A program made the translations under genes and the position numbers. Positions 1-8,917 of a stretch of DNA of 64,000 bases are shown here, piece by piece. Where the stretch lies: assembly GCA_944358895.1 (NCBI GenBank), contig CALVSB010000002.1, positions 2,969-66,968 of the forward strand, given 5' to 3'. The notes under the pieces were generated by a model, which worked only from the letters and a program-made list of their open reading frames with translations, ran no database searches and was not told the DNA's origin. Every line of letters begins with the position of its first letter. Within the stretch, counting starts at the first letter, position 1. The DNA is from an uncultured Bacilli bacterium. GTDB lineage: Bacteria > Bacillota_I > Bacilli_A > RFN20 > CAG-826.

Positions 1-154
1 CGAGATTCCCGAAGATGAAGTCATAGCTCGTCGCGTAGTTGGCCGCGGTTCCGGCATAGACAGCCGGGGCGGCGAAGAAACCGAAGCCGGCGCCAGCCCC
101 GATGAGAAGGGCTAGAATGCCAAGCATTCCGTACACATTGTTTGCTTTTTTCAT
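1..154 (-). CDS. small hydrophobic protein, N-terminal fragment (gene continues past the left edge)
   Basis: Minus-strand ATG at 154-152 with GAGGA about 7 nt upstream. Reads MKKANNVYGMLGILALLIGAGAGFGFFAAPAVYAGTAANYATSYDFIFGNL with no stop before position 1. Too short for the ORF track. Confidence 0.3.
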   Translation of the reverse strand, partial: MKKANNVYGMLGILALLIGAGAGFGFFAAPAVYAGTAANYATSYDFIFGNL

Positions 155-226
155 GCTGTAATCCTCGTTCAGACGGCTAATAGTTTACTTTCGTGGTTAC
201 CGACATGCAATAACGCGTTCGCGCGC

Positions 227-1807
227 TCACGCACGGGTGAAGTTGATCGTCGCTTCGGAGCCGTCGCTTGCAATGCTCGCCACTTCGAAGGAATAGGTGA
301 ACCCTTTTTCGTCGTTAGAAAGAAGCTGCTTCCCCTGCCGCCCGTTGGGGAACTGTTTCTTGATCGCCGCGTCGGCGTAGTTAATTCCTTCGCCCGCCAT
401 GAAGAGGCAATCGGAGACGCCGTCGATCACCGTTCCGCCCAAGCCGCCGGCCTTGCTCGCGCAGATGTTCTCCGTTTCGAAGGAGACGCCGACGCGGGAC
501 GGGGCAATGAGGCTGATTTGGCGGAAGGCTTCACTCGCGTCCGCTTGGCTCGATATCGTGTTGCTAGTTCCCATGTAGCAGCCTTCCGGCGGAATCTCGT
601 TCACGTAATCGTAAAGGTAGTATTCCCCGTTGATCTCGACGATGCGCTGAAGTCTCGCGTCCACGTGGTAGACCCGGATGCCCGGGCGGGAGAAGCCTTG
701 GATGCCGTTCCCGGGATAAGGCGAGGCTGCATCCTGCCGATTGAGCCCGACTGGGGCATAAAGCTCAAGCAGGAGGTATTCGCCAAAGCTCGAACCGCGG
801 TAGCCGGCTTTCGTCGGGACGAGGACCGCGTCCCCCGCTTCGGCCAGGTTCCCGATGGTGATCGAGCCTTCTCCGGTCACGACGTAAGGCGAAATCCAGC
901 CGAGCGAGAACTTCGTGTAGGCGCAGTGGTCGATGATATTGGCGTCCATCATGTCGACATAGCCGGTCGGGGAGGTCAAACCCGAGGTGTCGTAATAGTC
1001 GTTGAGGCCCAGGAGGTGCCCCGTTTCGTGGACGAAGGTATGGGCATCGACGCTGCTACGGCCGTATCCCTCATAAAGGAACTCGTAAGAAGCCCAGCTG
1101 TAGGCATAGCCGACCGGGGCGCTGTAACTCGCGTCCGTCGCGGCTTCGTAGTCCCAGAAGGTAAAGGCCCATTGGACGGTCGAGGCCCCGCTTCCGTCGT
1201 AAGGGGCGCTGTAGACCATCCAGACGGCATCGAGGAAGCCATCGCCATTGGAGTCGAATTCCCTAAGGGAACTCCCACTTTGGCTGCGGTAATGCTCGAC
1301 GGCCGACCGCATGAGGTAACTCACCCCTTCGGCCGAGTCGGAAGAAACATTCTGCCTCTCGATTTCGGCTACCGTGAGGCCAGAGTCGTACCACGGGGCA
1401 ACCGTCGCGCGGAAGTTCAGCTTGCCGTAACTCGACTCTTCATAAAAGCTCGAAACCGACTGCCAGCCGGTCTCTTCGGCCTGCCCGTTGAAGGCTAGGT
1501 CGAGGGCGGCGAGAACCTTGCTTTTCTCGGAGGACGAGAGGTCGTAGTCCTCGATGACGATCGGGAGGACAAGGATATTGACGTTGCCTTCCGCCGGCGT
1601 CGGAACGATGCCGGTATTGAGGGAGTAGTCTTCCATCGAGATGGTGTTCATCGCCTGCCCGTAATTTCCGTCGGGGAGGCTGATGACATAGTCGCTTTCG
1701 CCCGGGATGCCGCCAAGGCCCCCGACGATGTCGAAAATGGTCTTCTGGCATGAAGAAAGGGCGAGAGAACTCGCCCCCAGAAGCAAAAGAAGAAACTTCT
1801 TGTTCAT
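227..1807 (-). CDS. lipoprotein, M6 (immune inhibitor A-like) zinc metalloprotease family
   Basis: ORF 227..1885, trimmed to ATG 1807, which gives MNKKFLLLLLGASSLALSSC (signal peptide plus lipobox). HExxH motif in HTFVHETGHLLGLNDYYD, followed by MMDANIIDH and GIRVYHVDARL. Clear paralog of 12265..14373. Confidence 0.8.
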   Translation of the reverse strand: MNKKFLLLLLGASSLALSSCQKTIFDIVGGLGGIPGESDYVISLPDGNYGQAMNTISMEDYSLNTGIVPTPAEGNVNILVLPIVIEDYDLSSSEKSKVLAALDLAFNGQAEETGWQSVSSFYEESSYGKLNFRATVAPWYDSGLTVAEIERQNVSSDSAEGVSYLMRSAVEHYRSQSGSSLREFDSNGDGFLDAVWMVYSAPYDGSGASTVQWAFTFWDYEAATDASYSAPVGYAYSWASYEFLYEGYGRSSVDAHTFVHETGHLLGLNDYYDTSGLTSPTGYVDMMDANIIDHCAYTKFSLGWISPYVVTGEGSITIGNLAEAGDAVLVPTKAGYRGSSFGEYLLLELYAPVGLNRQDAASPYPGNGIQGFSRPGIRVYHVDARLQRIVEINGEYYLYDYVNEIPPEGCYMGTSNTISSQADASEAFRQISLIAPSRVGVSFETENICASKAGGLGGTVIDGVSDCLFMAGEGINYADAAIKKQFPNGRQGKQLLSNDEKGFTYSFEVASIASDGSEATINFTRA

Positions 1808-1820
1808 AGCCGATCGACGC

Positions 1821-2525
1821 TTATTCCTCGCTGCTATCCTCGATGATGTTGCCGAGTTCATCGACCATGATCGGATGGGGATCATAGTCGGAGGTCATCG
1901 ACACGTAACCAGCGAGGCAGAACGAGATGAGGAGGAAGAAGCCGGTCATGAAGCCGTCCCAGAAGAGGGCGTCGCCGATATGGGCGAAGGCCTCGAGGAC
2001 CTGGTAGGAGAAGAAGGCCGCGATCACCATGAAGGCAATGTCGAGGCCGATGACCGTTTTCATGAGCCAGTTGCCGTTGCCGTCGATCGCTTTCTTCACG
2101 AAGTAGCCGGCACTCCAGAGGGAGAAGGCGGCCGTGAGGGCGAAGAAGACGGCGCTGGCCACATCCATCCCGTTTTCGAAACGGTAGATGCTCTGGGCGA
2201 GGGCGTAAGCCGCGTTGGCCAGGGCAATGAGAACCGTCACGAGGATGTGGGAGGAATTCCGCCGCCAGGCAAGGTCAAGAGCAAGCATGAGGAAGAGGAC
2301 GCAGTTGATCCAGCCGAAGACGAGGGTCAAGAGGTGCTCGGTCAGACTCTCCGCGGCGATGGCCTGGGTCCCGAAGTGGGTGGCCGTGCAGAAGATGCAA
2401 TAGGCGAGATAGACGAGGAAGGCGAGGAACGAGAGGATCGCCACGACGCTGACACGCGGGCGGTAGCTCTTTTCCCCGATCTTGATCGTAAAGATATCTC
2501 CGACTTGCTTAAAGAAGGAATTCAT
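1821..2525 (-). CDS. integral membrane protein, about six TM segments, unknown function
   Basis: 234-aa ORF with repeated hydrophobic stretches. Its start overlaps the oppF stop (2522-2525), and it lies 13 nt upstream of the M6 lipoprotein gene, so it belongs to the opp transcription unit. Confidence 0.65.
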   Translation of the reverse strand: MNSFFKQVGDIFTIKIGEKSYRPRVSVVAILSFLAFLVYLAYCIFCTATHFGTQAIAAESLTEHLLTLVFGWINCVLFLMLALDLAWRRNSSHILVTVLIALANAAYALAQSIYRFENGMDVASAVFFALTAAFSLWSAGYFVKKAIDGNGNWLMKTVIGLDIAFMVIAAFFSYQVLEAFAHIGDALFWDGFMTGFFLLISFCLAGYVSMTSDYDPHPIMVDELGNIIEDSSEE

Positions 2526-4165
2526 TCGCTTTTGCCTCCTTTCGCGGCCGATTTGCGGGCGTTTTCTTCATTTTCCTCGGCGCGGGCTTTCCGGTCGTCC
2601 TCGGCGATTTCCGCCTTGTAACGCTCGACTTCGCTCGGCGAGGCATAGACGAAGTGGCCCGGGAGAATCTCGACCATCGAGGGATGCTCGACTGAATAGT
2701 CGTGAGCGGTCGAGGGGTCGTAAACCAGACGGGTCCGGTTCTTCTCGTAATAGGGGTCGGGCTTCGGGATGGCACTCAAGAGAGCCTTGGTGTAAGGGTG
2801 GAGCGGATGGCGGAAGAGCTCGTCAGAGGTCGCCAGCTCGACGATCGAGCCGAAGTACATGACGGCAATCCGGTCGCAGAAGTATTTGACAACCGAGAGG
2901 TCGTGGGCGATGAAGAGCATGGTGAGTCCCATCTCCTGCTTGACGTCGTTGAGGAGGTTCAGGATCTGAGCCCGGATCGAGACGTCGAGAGCCGAAATCG
3001 GCTCGTCGCAGATAAGGAGCTTCGGGTTCATGACGAGAGCTCGGGCAATGCCGATCCGCTGCCGCTGGCCGCCCGAGAACTCGTGGGGGTAACGGGAGGC
3101 ATAGTCGGCGAGCAGACCGACCTTCTCGAGCATCTCGACACACTTGGCGTGGTTTTCCGCCTTGTTGCGGTGATGCTGGATCTTGAGGCCTTCCTGGATG
3201 ATGTCCTCGACCGTCATACGGGGATCGAGGGAGTCGATCGGGTCCTGGAAGATCATCTGGATGTTGGTGAGGAGCTTCCGATCCCGGTGCTTGTTGTCGT
3301 AATCGATCCGCTTGATGTACTTCTTCTGGATCTCGCAATGGACCTTGAGGGCTTCGCGAAGTTCCTTGATCTTCGCTTCGTAATCGTCCTCGATCCGCTT
3401 GATGGTGTAGCTCATCCCGTCCTCGCCGCCGCTTTCGACGGAGGGGCCGTCGGTTTCCATCGCCTTGACCTTGGCCTTACACTCTTCCTTGAGGCGTTTG
3501 ATTTCCTCGTTGGTCCGAATGCGGCTCCACTTGATTTCCTTGCGGTTCCAGCGGTCGCCGGCCGAGATGCGGTAGCCTTCGTAGTAAATCGAGCCGGAAG
3601 TGATGTCGTAAAGCCCGATGATCGAGCGACCGGTCGTCGTCTTGCCGCAGCCGGACTCGCCGACGAGGCCGAAACACTCGCCTTCCTTGATGTCGAAAGA
3701 GATGTCGTGGACGGCTTTCGTCTTGTAGTTGCCGCCCATGTCGAAGAATTGTTTCAGGTGGATGACCCGGAGGGCCACGCCTTCCTTCAGCATTTCCGGC
3801 TTGTAGGAGACGAAGAAGTGCTTGTAGCGATGAAGCTTCTTCTCGAGTTCGTCGTTGATTTCCTTGACCTTCAGATCAGCTGCCTTGAGGGCGTCGGCAA
3901 ACTCGGCCCGAGCCTGCTCGGCCGCCTTTTTGGTCGCTTCGCGAAGGGCGCCCCGGTCGCGTTTGTGGTCCTTGATGGCTACCTTGAGGAATTCCTTCAG
4001 GCGGTCGTTGAGGGCGGCTTCGACCGTCGCTTTTTCGCCTTTGGCGATCTTGAGTTCGCGGCGGAGGCCTTGAATTTCTTCGCCAAGAGACGCGTAATCG
4101 GCCTTGGCTTTCGCCTCTTCTTGTTCGAGGCGGGCGAGTTCCTCGCGGTCTTTAGCGAAGTCCAT
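2522..4165 (-). CDS. oppF: oligopeptide ABC transporter ATP-binding protein OppF-type, with N-terminal coiled-coil extension and internal insertion
   Basis: Walker A GESGCGKTT, Q-loop IFQDP, signature FSGGQRQR, Walker B LLICDEP, and C-terminal oligopeptide-type tail HPYTKALL. Overlaps the oppD stop. Confidence 0.9.
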   Translation of the reverse strand: MDFAKDREELARLEQEEAKAKADYASLGEEIQGLRRELKIAKGEKATVEAALNDRLKEFLKVAIKDHKRDRGALREATKKAAEQARAEFADALKAADLKVKEINDELEKKLHRYKHFFVSYKPEMLKEGVALRVIHLKQFFDMGGNYKTKAVHDISFDIKEGECFGLVGESGCGKTTTGRSIIGLYDITSGSIYYEGYRISAGDRWNRKEIKWSRIRTNEEIKRLKEECKAKVKAMETDGPSVESGGEDGMSYTIKRIEDDYEAKIKELREALKVHCEIQKKYIKRIDYDNKHRDRKLLTNIQMIFQDPIDSLDPRMTVEDIIQEGLKIQHHRNKAENHAKCVEMLEKVGLLADYASRYPHEFSGGQRQRIGIARALVMNPKLLICDEPISALDVSIRAQILNLLNDVKQEMGLTMLFIAHDLSVVKYFCDRIAVMYFGSIVELATSDELFRHPLHPYTKALLSAIPKPDPYYEKNRTRLVYDPSTAHDYSVEHPSMVEILPGHFVYASPSEVERYKAEIAEDDRKARAEENEENARKSAAKGGKSE

Positions 4166-5666
4166 TCTTCCGTTCCTCCTCTCGCTTTAAAGAGTTCTTG
4201 ATGCGGGTCGAGACAATCTTCGGCATCTCGGCTTCCGGAGCCCTTTCGTCAAGGAGCCAAGTGGAAGCGTAGTGGGTCGATGAAAGTTCGTACATCGGCG
4301 GCTCTTCCTTGAAGTCGATGCCGAGGGCATAGCGGCTCCGGAGGGCAAAGGCATCGCCCTTCGGCGGGAAAAGCATGTTGGGCGGGGTGCCCGGGATCGC
4401 CTCGAGGCGCTCCTTGCTGTCGACGTCGGGGATTGAGGAGAGAAGAGCCCAGGTATAAGGGTGGGCCGGACGGAAGAAGATGTCTTCCGATGTGCCGTAC
4501 TCGACGATCTTGCCGGCATACATGACGGCGACGCGGTCGGCCATGTTGGCGACGACCCCGAGGTCGTGGGTGATGAAGATGACCGACATGTCCCGGGCCT
4601 TCTTGAGCCGGTTGATGAGCTCGAGGATCTGGGCCTGGATCGTCACGTCGAGAGCCGTCGTCGGCTCGTCGCAGATGAGAACGTCGGGGTCGGCCGTGAG
4701 GGCGATGGCGATGACAATGCGCTGCCGCATGCCGCCCGAGAACTCAAAGGGATACTGGTTGTAGCGGCGTTCCGGATCGCGGATGCCGACTTCCTGCATG
4801 ATGGTGAGGGCCCGCCGCTTGGCTTCCTTGTGGGAAACGCGGAGCTTCGAGACATAGCGGCGATGGGCGCCGATGAAAGCGCCATAGGCTTCCGAGAAGC
4901 CGCCGGTGACAAGGGAGACCGCTGCTTTCCAAAGAAGAGGCAAGGCGTTTTGCCGGTAGTCCTTGAAGCAGGCCAGGCGGTAGGCCCGTGCCTTCTTTCG
5001 GCCTTCGGCTTTCTTGGCGCGAAGGGCCACTTTGTCTTCTTTGATCTTGGGGGCCATCTTGGCCTTCATCTCGCGATAGGCCTCGACGTTGGCGGCTTTC
5101 TCCTCTTTGGAAAGGGATTTGCTGCCGTTTTTGAGCTTGAGCTCACTCTTGGCGAGGGAGACAAGGCGCTGGTCGTTCTTGAGGCGGATGAGAGTATCGT
5201 TAATGGTGTCGAGGTAGATCTTCTTGACCCGGTTGCCGTTGATAAGCATGACCTCGGTAATCTGCTTCCCGACCTTCATGATCGGGTTGAGCGAGGAGAG
5301 GGGGTCCTGGAAGACCATGCCGATCTTCGTGCCGCGGATCCGGTGGAATTCTTCCTCCGAGATCTTGGTGAGGTCCTCGCCCTCATAGATGATCGAGCCC
5401 GAGTCGATGTGGGCCGAGGGGGCAAGGATGCCCATGATGGTTTTGGAGGTAACGGACTTGCCCGAGCCCGACTCCCCGACGATACAGAGGGTTTCCCCTT
5501 TGTAGAGGTCGAAGCTCACGCCCCGGACGGCCCGGACGCTGCCTTCGTCCGTCTTGAAGGAGACAGCGAGGTTGCGGACCGAAAGAACGGGCTTTTTGCC
5601 CTCGGGGACGGGACCGACTTCCTTCGGATAGTCGATCGTGCGGAGAGCTTTGGCATTCTTTTCCAT
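4152..5666 (-). CDS. oppD: oligopeptide ABC transporter ATP-binding protein OppD-type, with large internal insertion
   Basis: ORF 4152..5735 trimmed to ATG 5666 (MEKNAKALRT). This ATG overlaps the oppC stop by 1 nt. Walker A GESGSGKS, VFQDP, FSGGMRQR, LICDEPTTALD, HPYTWALL. Confidence 0.9.
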   Translation of the reverse strand: MEKNAKALRTIDYPKEVGPVPEGKKPVLSVRNLAVSFKTDEGSVRAVRGVSFDLYKGETLCIVGESGSGKSVTSKTIMGILAPSAHIDSGSIIYEGEDLTKISEEEFHRIRGTKIGMVFQDPLSSLNPIMKVGKQITEVMLINGNRVKKIYLDTINDTLIRLKNDQRLVSLAKSELKLKNGSKSLSKEEKAANVEAYREMKAKMAPKIKEDKVALRAKKAEGRKKARAYRLACFKDYRQNALPLLWKAAVSLVTGGFSEAYGAFIGAHRRYVSKLRVSHKEAKRRALTIMQEVGIRDPERRYNQYPFEFSGGMRQRIVIAIALTADPDVLICDEPTTALDVTIQAQILELINRLKKARDMSVIFITHDLGVVANMADRVAVMYAGKIVEYGTSEDIFFRPAHPYTWALLSSIPDVDSKERLEAIPGTPPNMLFPPKGDAFALRSRYALGIDFKEEPPMYELSSTHYASTWLLDERAPEAEMPKIVSTRIKNSLKREEERKNGLR

Positions 5667-7741
5667 TATTCGTTCCCTCCTTTGAGCGACGGGTTGAAGG
5701 CGTCGCGGAGACCATTGCCGAAGAGGTTGAAGCAAATCATGACGATGGCCATGATGATGGACCCGCTGATGATGAGGTAAGGATAGGTATAGATGTAGGC
5801 TTGGGCATTGGAGAGGGAGACGCCGAAGCTAGTGCCTTGGAACGAGAGAACGTTCGGGAGGATGTAGCTGATCGTCGCTTCCGAGAAGATGACCGACGGG
5901 ATCATGAGAGCCGCCGAGGTAATGATCGTGCCGATGCCGTTGGGGAGAATGTGGCGGAAGATGAGCCGGCCGTCGCTCGCCCCGAGGGTCCGGGCCGCCA
6001 GGACGTATTCCCGCCCTTTGAACCGGTAGAACTGGGCCCGGGTCGTCGCGGCCGTCCCGATCCAGCCGGTAAGGCACATGGCCAGGAGGAACGTCCAGAA
6101 GTTGGACCCGAGAAGGAGAACGATGAGGGTCATGAGGACCGTCCACGGCATGCCGCCGAGAATTTCGGTAAGGCGCTCCATGAAGAGGTCGACGTAACCG
6201 CCGAAGTAGCCCGAAATCGAGCCCCAGACGACGCCGACGAAGATGTTGATGATCGAGGCGAGGGCGCCGAGTTCAAGGGAGGTCAATAGACCCGAGAAGA
6301 TGAGCTTGAAGTAGTCGCGACCTTGATTGTCGGTCCCGAAAAGGAAGCTCACCGGGGAGCATTCGGCAATGTAACCGTGATAGTAGAAGTCGCGGTAACG
6401 GGAACGGGTCCCGATGACCGTCGTGATGGTGTAGGTGACGTTGTCCGTCGAGGTGAAGGACACACGGGTGATGGCCGAGATGTCCCGTAGCGGGCAATAG
6501 TTTTCACCCTCGGCCGTCAGCTTGAAACCGAGCTGGGTCGCGGCATCGGTCACCTCAAAGGTTCCCATGAAGCCTTCGGGGAGGATATCCGTGTAGCTGA
6601 AGCCTTCTTCGATCCAGCCGCGCGACACGAAGGTGTCGACGTCGACATTGTTGAAGGTGTAACCAGTCTCTTCGCCATAAACGCCCTTGTAGTAGTCGTA
6701 ACGGAAGGACCCGGTCGTGACCACCGCTTCCTTGATGGCCGCGCTGCCGTTGGTCATCTGCCACCGGTACTCCGTCGGGACGGCCGTCGAGGAAAGGACG
6801 TTGTTGAGAAGGTATTGGCTGGGGCTGCTGAAGCCATAGGAAGCCGTAACGAGTTGCTCGTCTTCGTCGAGATAGGAATAGGTGGCTTCCTGGTCATCGA
6901 TTTTGATCGAGAGGCTGGAAAGCCAAATGTCGCCCTCGTTGACTTCGACGGCAACGTCAGTCAGAAGACGCTCCTCGCTCGTCGGGACGACGAAAGTGGC
7001 TTCGTAGAGGCCCGTCTCAGCGTTTTTGTTGAAAGTAAGGGGGTTTTGCGTGACTTCTGCACCTTCCGTGACTTCGACGAAAATCTGGAAGTTTTCTTCC
7101 GTCACCGAAGATTTGTCAAAGTCGGCCCCATAGGTGACCGTGAAAGTCTTGCCCGAGGAATTGCTATCGAGGGACGGGGTCCGGAAGTAAGCCGGCTCGT
7201 CGAAAGTGAGCGGCGCCATCGAAAGATAGCCGCCCTTAGCATAACGGAGGGCGTTTTCGGCCAAGGTGTCGCTGATGGTCGTTTCCTTCTCGACGATGTC
7301 GAGTTGGCCGTCCGCCGTTTTCTGGATGGCGTCCTCGTAGTAGACGGCCGAGCCGCTGCCGGTGGCCGGAAGGCCGGTCGCTGGATCGAGGACGACGTTC
7401 TCGATGTAGCCGGTCCCGTCCATGAAGCCATTCGCGTCGTTGAACCATTTCGGCGGCAGGAATCGCATTTCCTGAACGGAAGCAGTCGCGTTGTTCTGGT
7501 CGAAAATCGGAACGAAGATGGCCATGAGAACCAAAACGCCAAGGATCGAGGCGGCCACCACCGAGCTCTTCGATTTGCAGAAGCGCTTGAGGGCATCCTT
7601 GAAGTAGGTCGTCGGCTTCGTCTCGAACTTATTGTCGTGGATCGACTTGTCGAGCTGAACGAACTTGAAGTCCTGGTCCTTGTTGAAAGCGATCTTCGTT
7701 TCGGGCTTTTCCGGGGTCTGTTCTATAACTTTCTTTTTCAT
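5666..7741 (-). CDS. oppC: oligopeptide ABC transporter permease OppC-type, with about 400-aa extracytoplasmic insertion after TM1
   Basis: 691 aa. The C-terminal third is a canonical BPD-transport permease core (ARTLGASDGRLIFRHILPN). TM1 is near residues 60-80, followed by a long hydrophilic segment. Confidence 0.85.
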   Translation of the reverse strand: MKKKVIEQTPEKPETKIAFNKDQDFKFVQLDKSIHDNKFETKPTTYFKDALKRFCKSKSSVVAASILGVLVLMAIFVPIFDQNNATASVQEMRFLPPKWFNDANGFMDGTGYIENVVLDPATGLPATGSGSAVYYEDAIQKTADGQLDIVEKETTISDTLAENALRYAKGGYLSMAPLTFDEPAYFRTPSLDSNSSGKTFTVTYGADFDKSSVTEENFQIFVEVTEGAEVTQNPLTFNKNAETGLYEATFVVPTSEERLLTDVAVEVNEGDIWLSSLSIKIDDQEATYSYLDEDEQLVTASYGFSSPSQYLLNNVLSSTAVPTEYRWQMTNGSAAIKEAVVTTGSFRYDYYKGVYGEETGYTFNNVDVDTFVSRGWIEEGFSYTDILPEGFMGTFEVTDAATQLGFKLTAEGENYCPLRDISAITRVSFTSTDNVTYTITTVIGTRSRYRDFYYHGYIAECSPVSFLFGTDNQGRDYFKLIFSGLLTSLELGALASIINIFVGVVWGSISGYFGGYVDLFMERLTEILGGMPWTVLMTLIVLLLGSNFWTFLLAMCLTGWIGTAATTRAQFYRFKGREYVLAARTLGASDGRLIFRHILPNGIGTIITSAALMIPSVIFSEATISYILPNVLSFQGTSFGVSLSNAQAYIYTYPYLIISGSIIMAIVMICFNLFGNGLRDAFNPSLKGGNE

Positions 7742-7746
7742 AAAGG

Positions 7747-8793
7747 TTACCTCTGTCCCATCCGGATGCGCGGGTCGACGACACCGTAGGAGAGGTCGAC
7801 GAGCAAGGTGGCAAAGAGCCCGATGATGGTGTACATGGCCATGTCGACCATGACGACGGCATAGTCACGGGAGTTGAGGGCCGTGACGAAGAGCTGGCCG
7901 GTGCCCGGGATGGAGTAAAGCTGCTCGAGAACCATCGAGCCGGACATGATGGAAATGAACTGCCCAATGATCATCGGGACGATCGGCACCATCGAGTTGC
8001 GAAGAGCATGGGAGAGAATCGACTGTCCCTTGGTAAGACCCTTGGTTCTAGCAAGGAGGAGGAACTCGGAGTTCATGACCTCGCAAAGCTCGGCCCGGGT
8101 GTAGCGGCCGAAGCCGGCAATCGAGCCGAAGGAGAGGGCCAAGACCGGGATGATGAGGCCGCGGAAGAAGAGCGATGGATCGGCCGCGATGGCGATGGCG
8201 CTCGGCCAAGCCTGCGGGAGCCAGTCGTTGTAGTAGGTGAACCAGAGGAGCATGAAGGAAATGAGGACGAAGCTCGGCACCGAGATGAAGATCATGATGA
8301 GCGTCGAGATGATCGTGTCGGTCGGCTTGTTTTTCTTGAGGGCCGCCCACACGCCGATGGCAATGCCAAGCGGCGTCGAAAGGATGATCGAGATGACGTT
8401 CAGCTCGATGGTGATCGGAAGGCGTTCCATGATGATTTCCATGGCACCGCGGTTAACCGAAATCGAGGTCGAAACGCCCCAGTTCCACTGGGTGAAAATG
8501 TTGCCAAGCCAATGAATGTAACGGTCGAGGACCGGAACGGCTTGGTAATAGGTGGTCGCCCCGTTGGCATCGATGACCGGAATGGCGTCCGGATACTTCT
8601 CGATGACCTCGGCCAAAGTGACCTTCATGTAATATCCGAGATCGACTTGCTGATCGTAGAAAGCGATCTGAACGGCCGCACCGCCTTCAGGCGGGGCAAC
8701 CGGCAAAGTCTGGATGAGAATGTAAGAGATCGACAGGATGATGAAGGCCGTTAGGACGATCAACCCGATTCTCTTGAGAACATATTTCCACAT
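7747..8793 (-). CDS. oppB: oligopeptide ABC transporter permease OppB-type
   Basis: ORF 7747..8856 trimmed to ATG 8793 (MWKYVLKRIGLIVLT, the typical OppB/DppB N-terminus). Contains LARTKGLTKGQSILSHALRNSMVPIV. Confidence 0.9.
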   Translation of the reverse strand: MWKYVLKRIGLIVLTAFIILSISYILIQTLPVAPPEGGAAVQIAFYDQQVDLGYYMKVTLAEVIEKYPDAIPVIDANGATTYYQAVPVLDRYIHWLGNIFTQWNWGVSTSISVNRGAMEIIMERLPITIELNVISIILSTPLGIAIGVWAALKKNKPTDTIISTLIMIFISVPSFVLISFMLLWFTYYNDWLPQAWPSAIAIAADPSLFFRGLIIPVLALSFGSIAGFGRYTRAELCEVMNSEFLLLARTKGLTKGQSILSHALRNSMVPIVPMIIGQFISIMSGSMVLEQLYSIPGTGQLFVTALNSRDYAVVMVDMAMYTIIGLFATLLVDLSYGVVDPRIRMGQR

Positions 8794-8917
8794 GCTTATA
8801 TCCTCACGTGTCTTTCCAATGGGCATTTTCTCACGAAAAGCCCACCGCGGCACCACTTTTTGATTAAGAAAGGGTGGGGAGACGACTCCCCACCCATGAA
8901 GCCGATATGAGAGCTAA

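Noticed and set aside
518-1498. 326-aa plus-strand ORF, and many similar long ORFs antisense to recognisable genes. Examples are 2702-4201, 4461-5780, 6815-7789, 9650-11524, 12382-14343, 15351-16397, 17036-18298, 19757-21079, 22980-25337, 30416-31876, 34012-34971, 39162-40733, 53780-54757, 55550-56584 and 62706-63677.
   Set aside because: Each lies opposite a gene with clear family motifs. Their translations are Arg/Gly/Asp/Val-rich with no motifs, signal peptides or RBS. This is the usual stop-poor antisense frame of GC-rich DNA.
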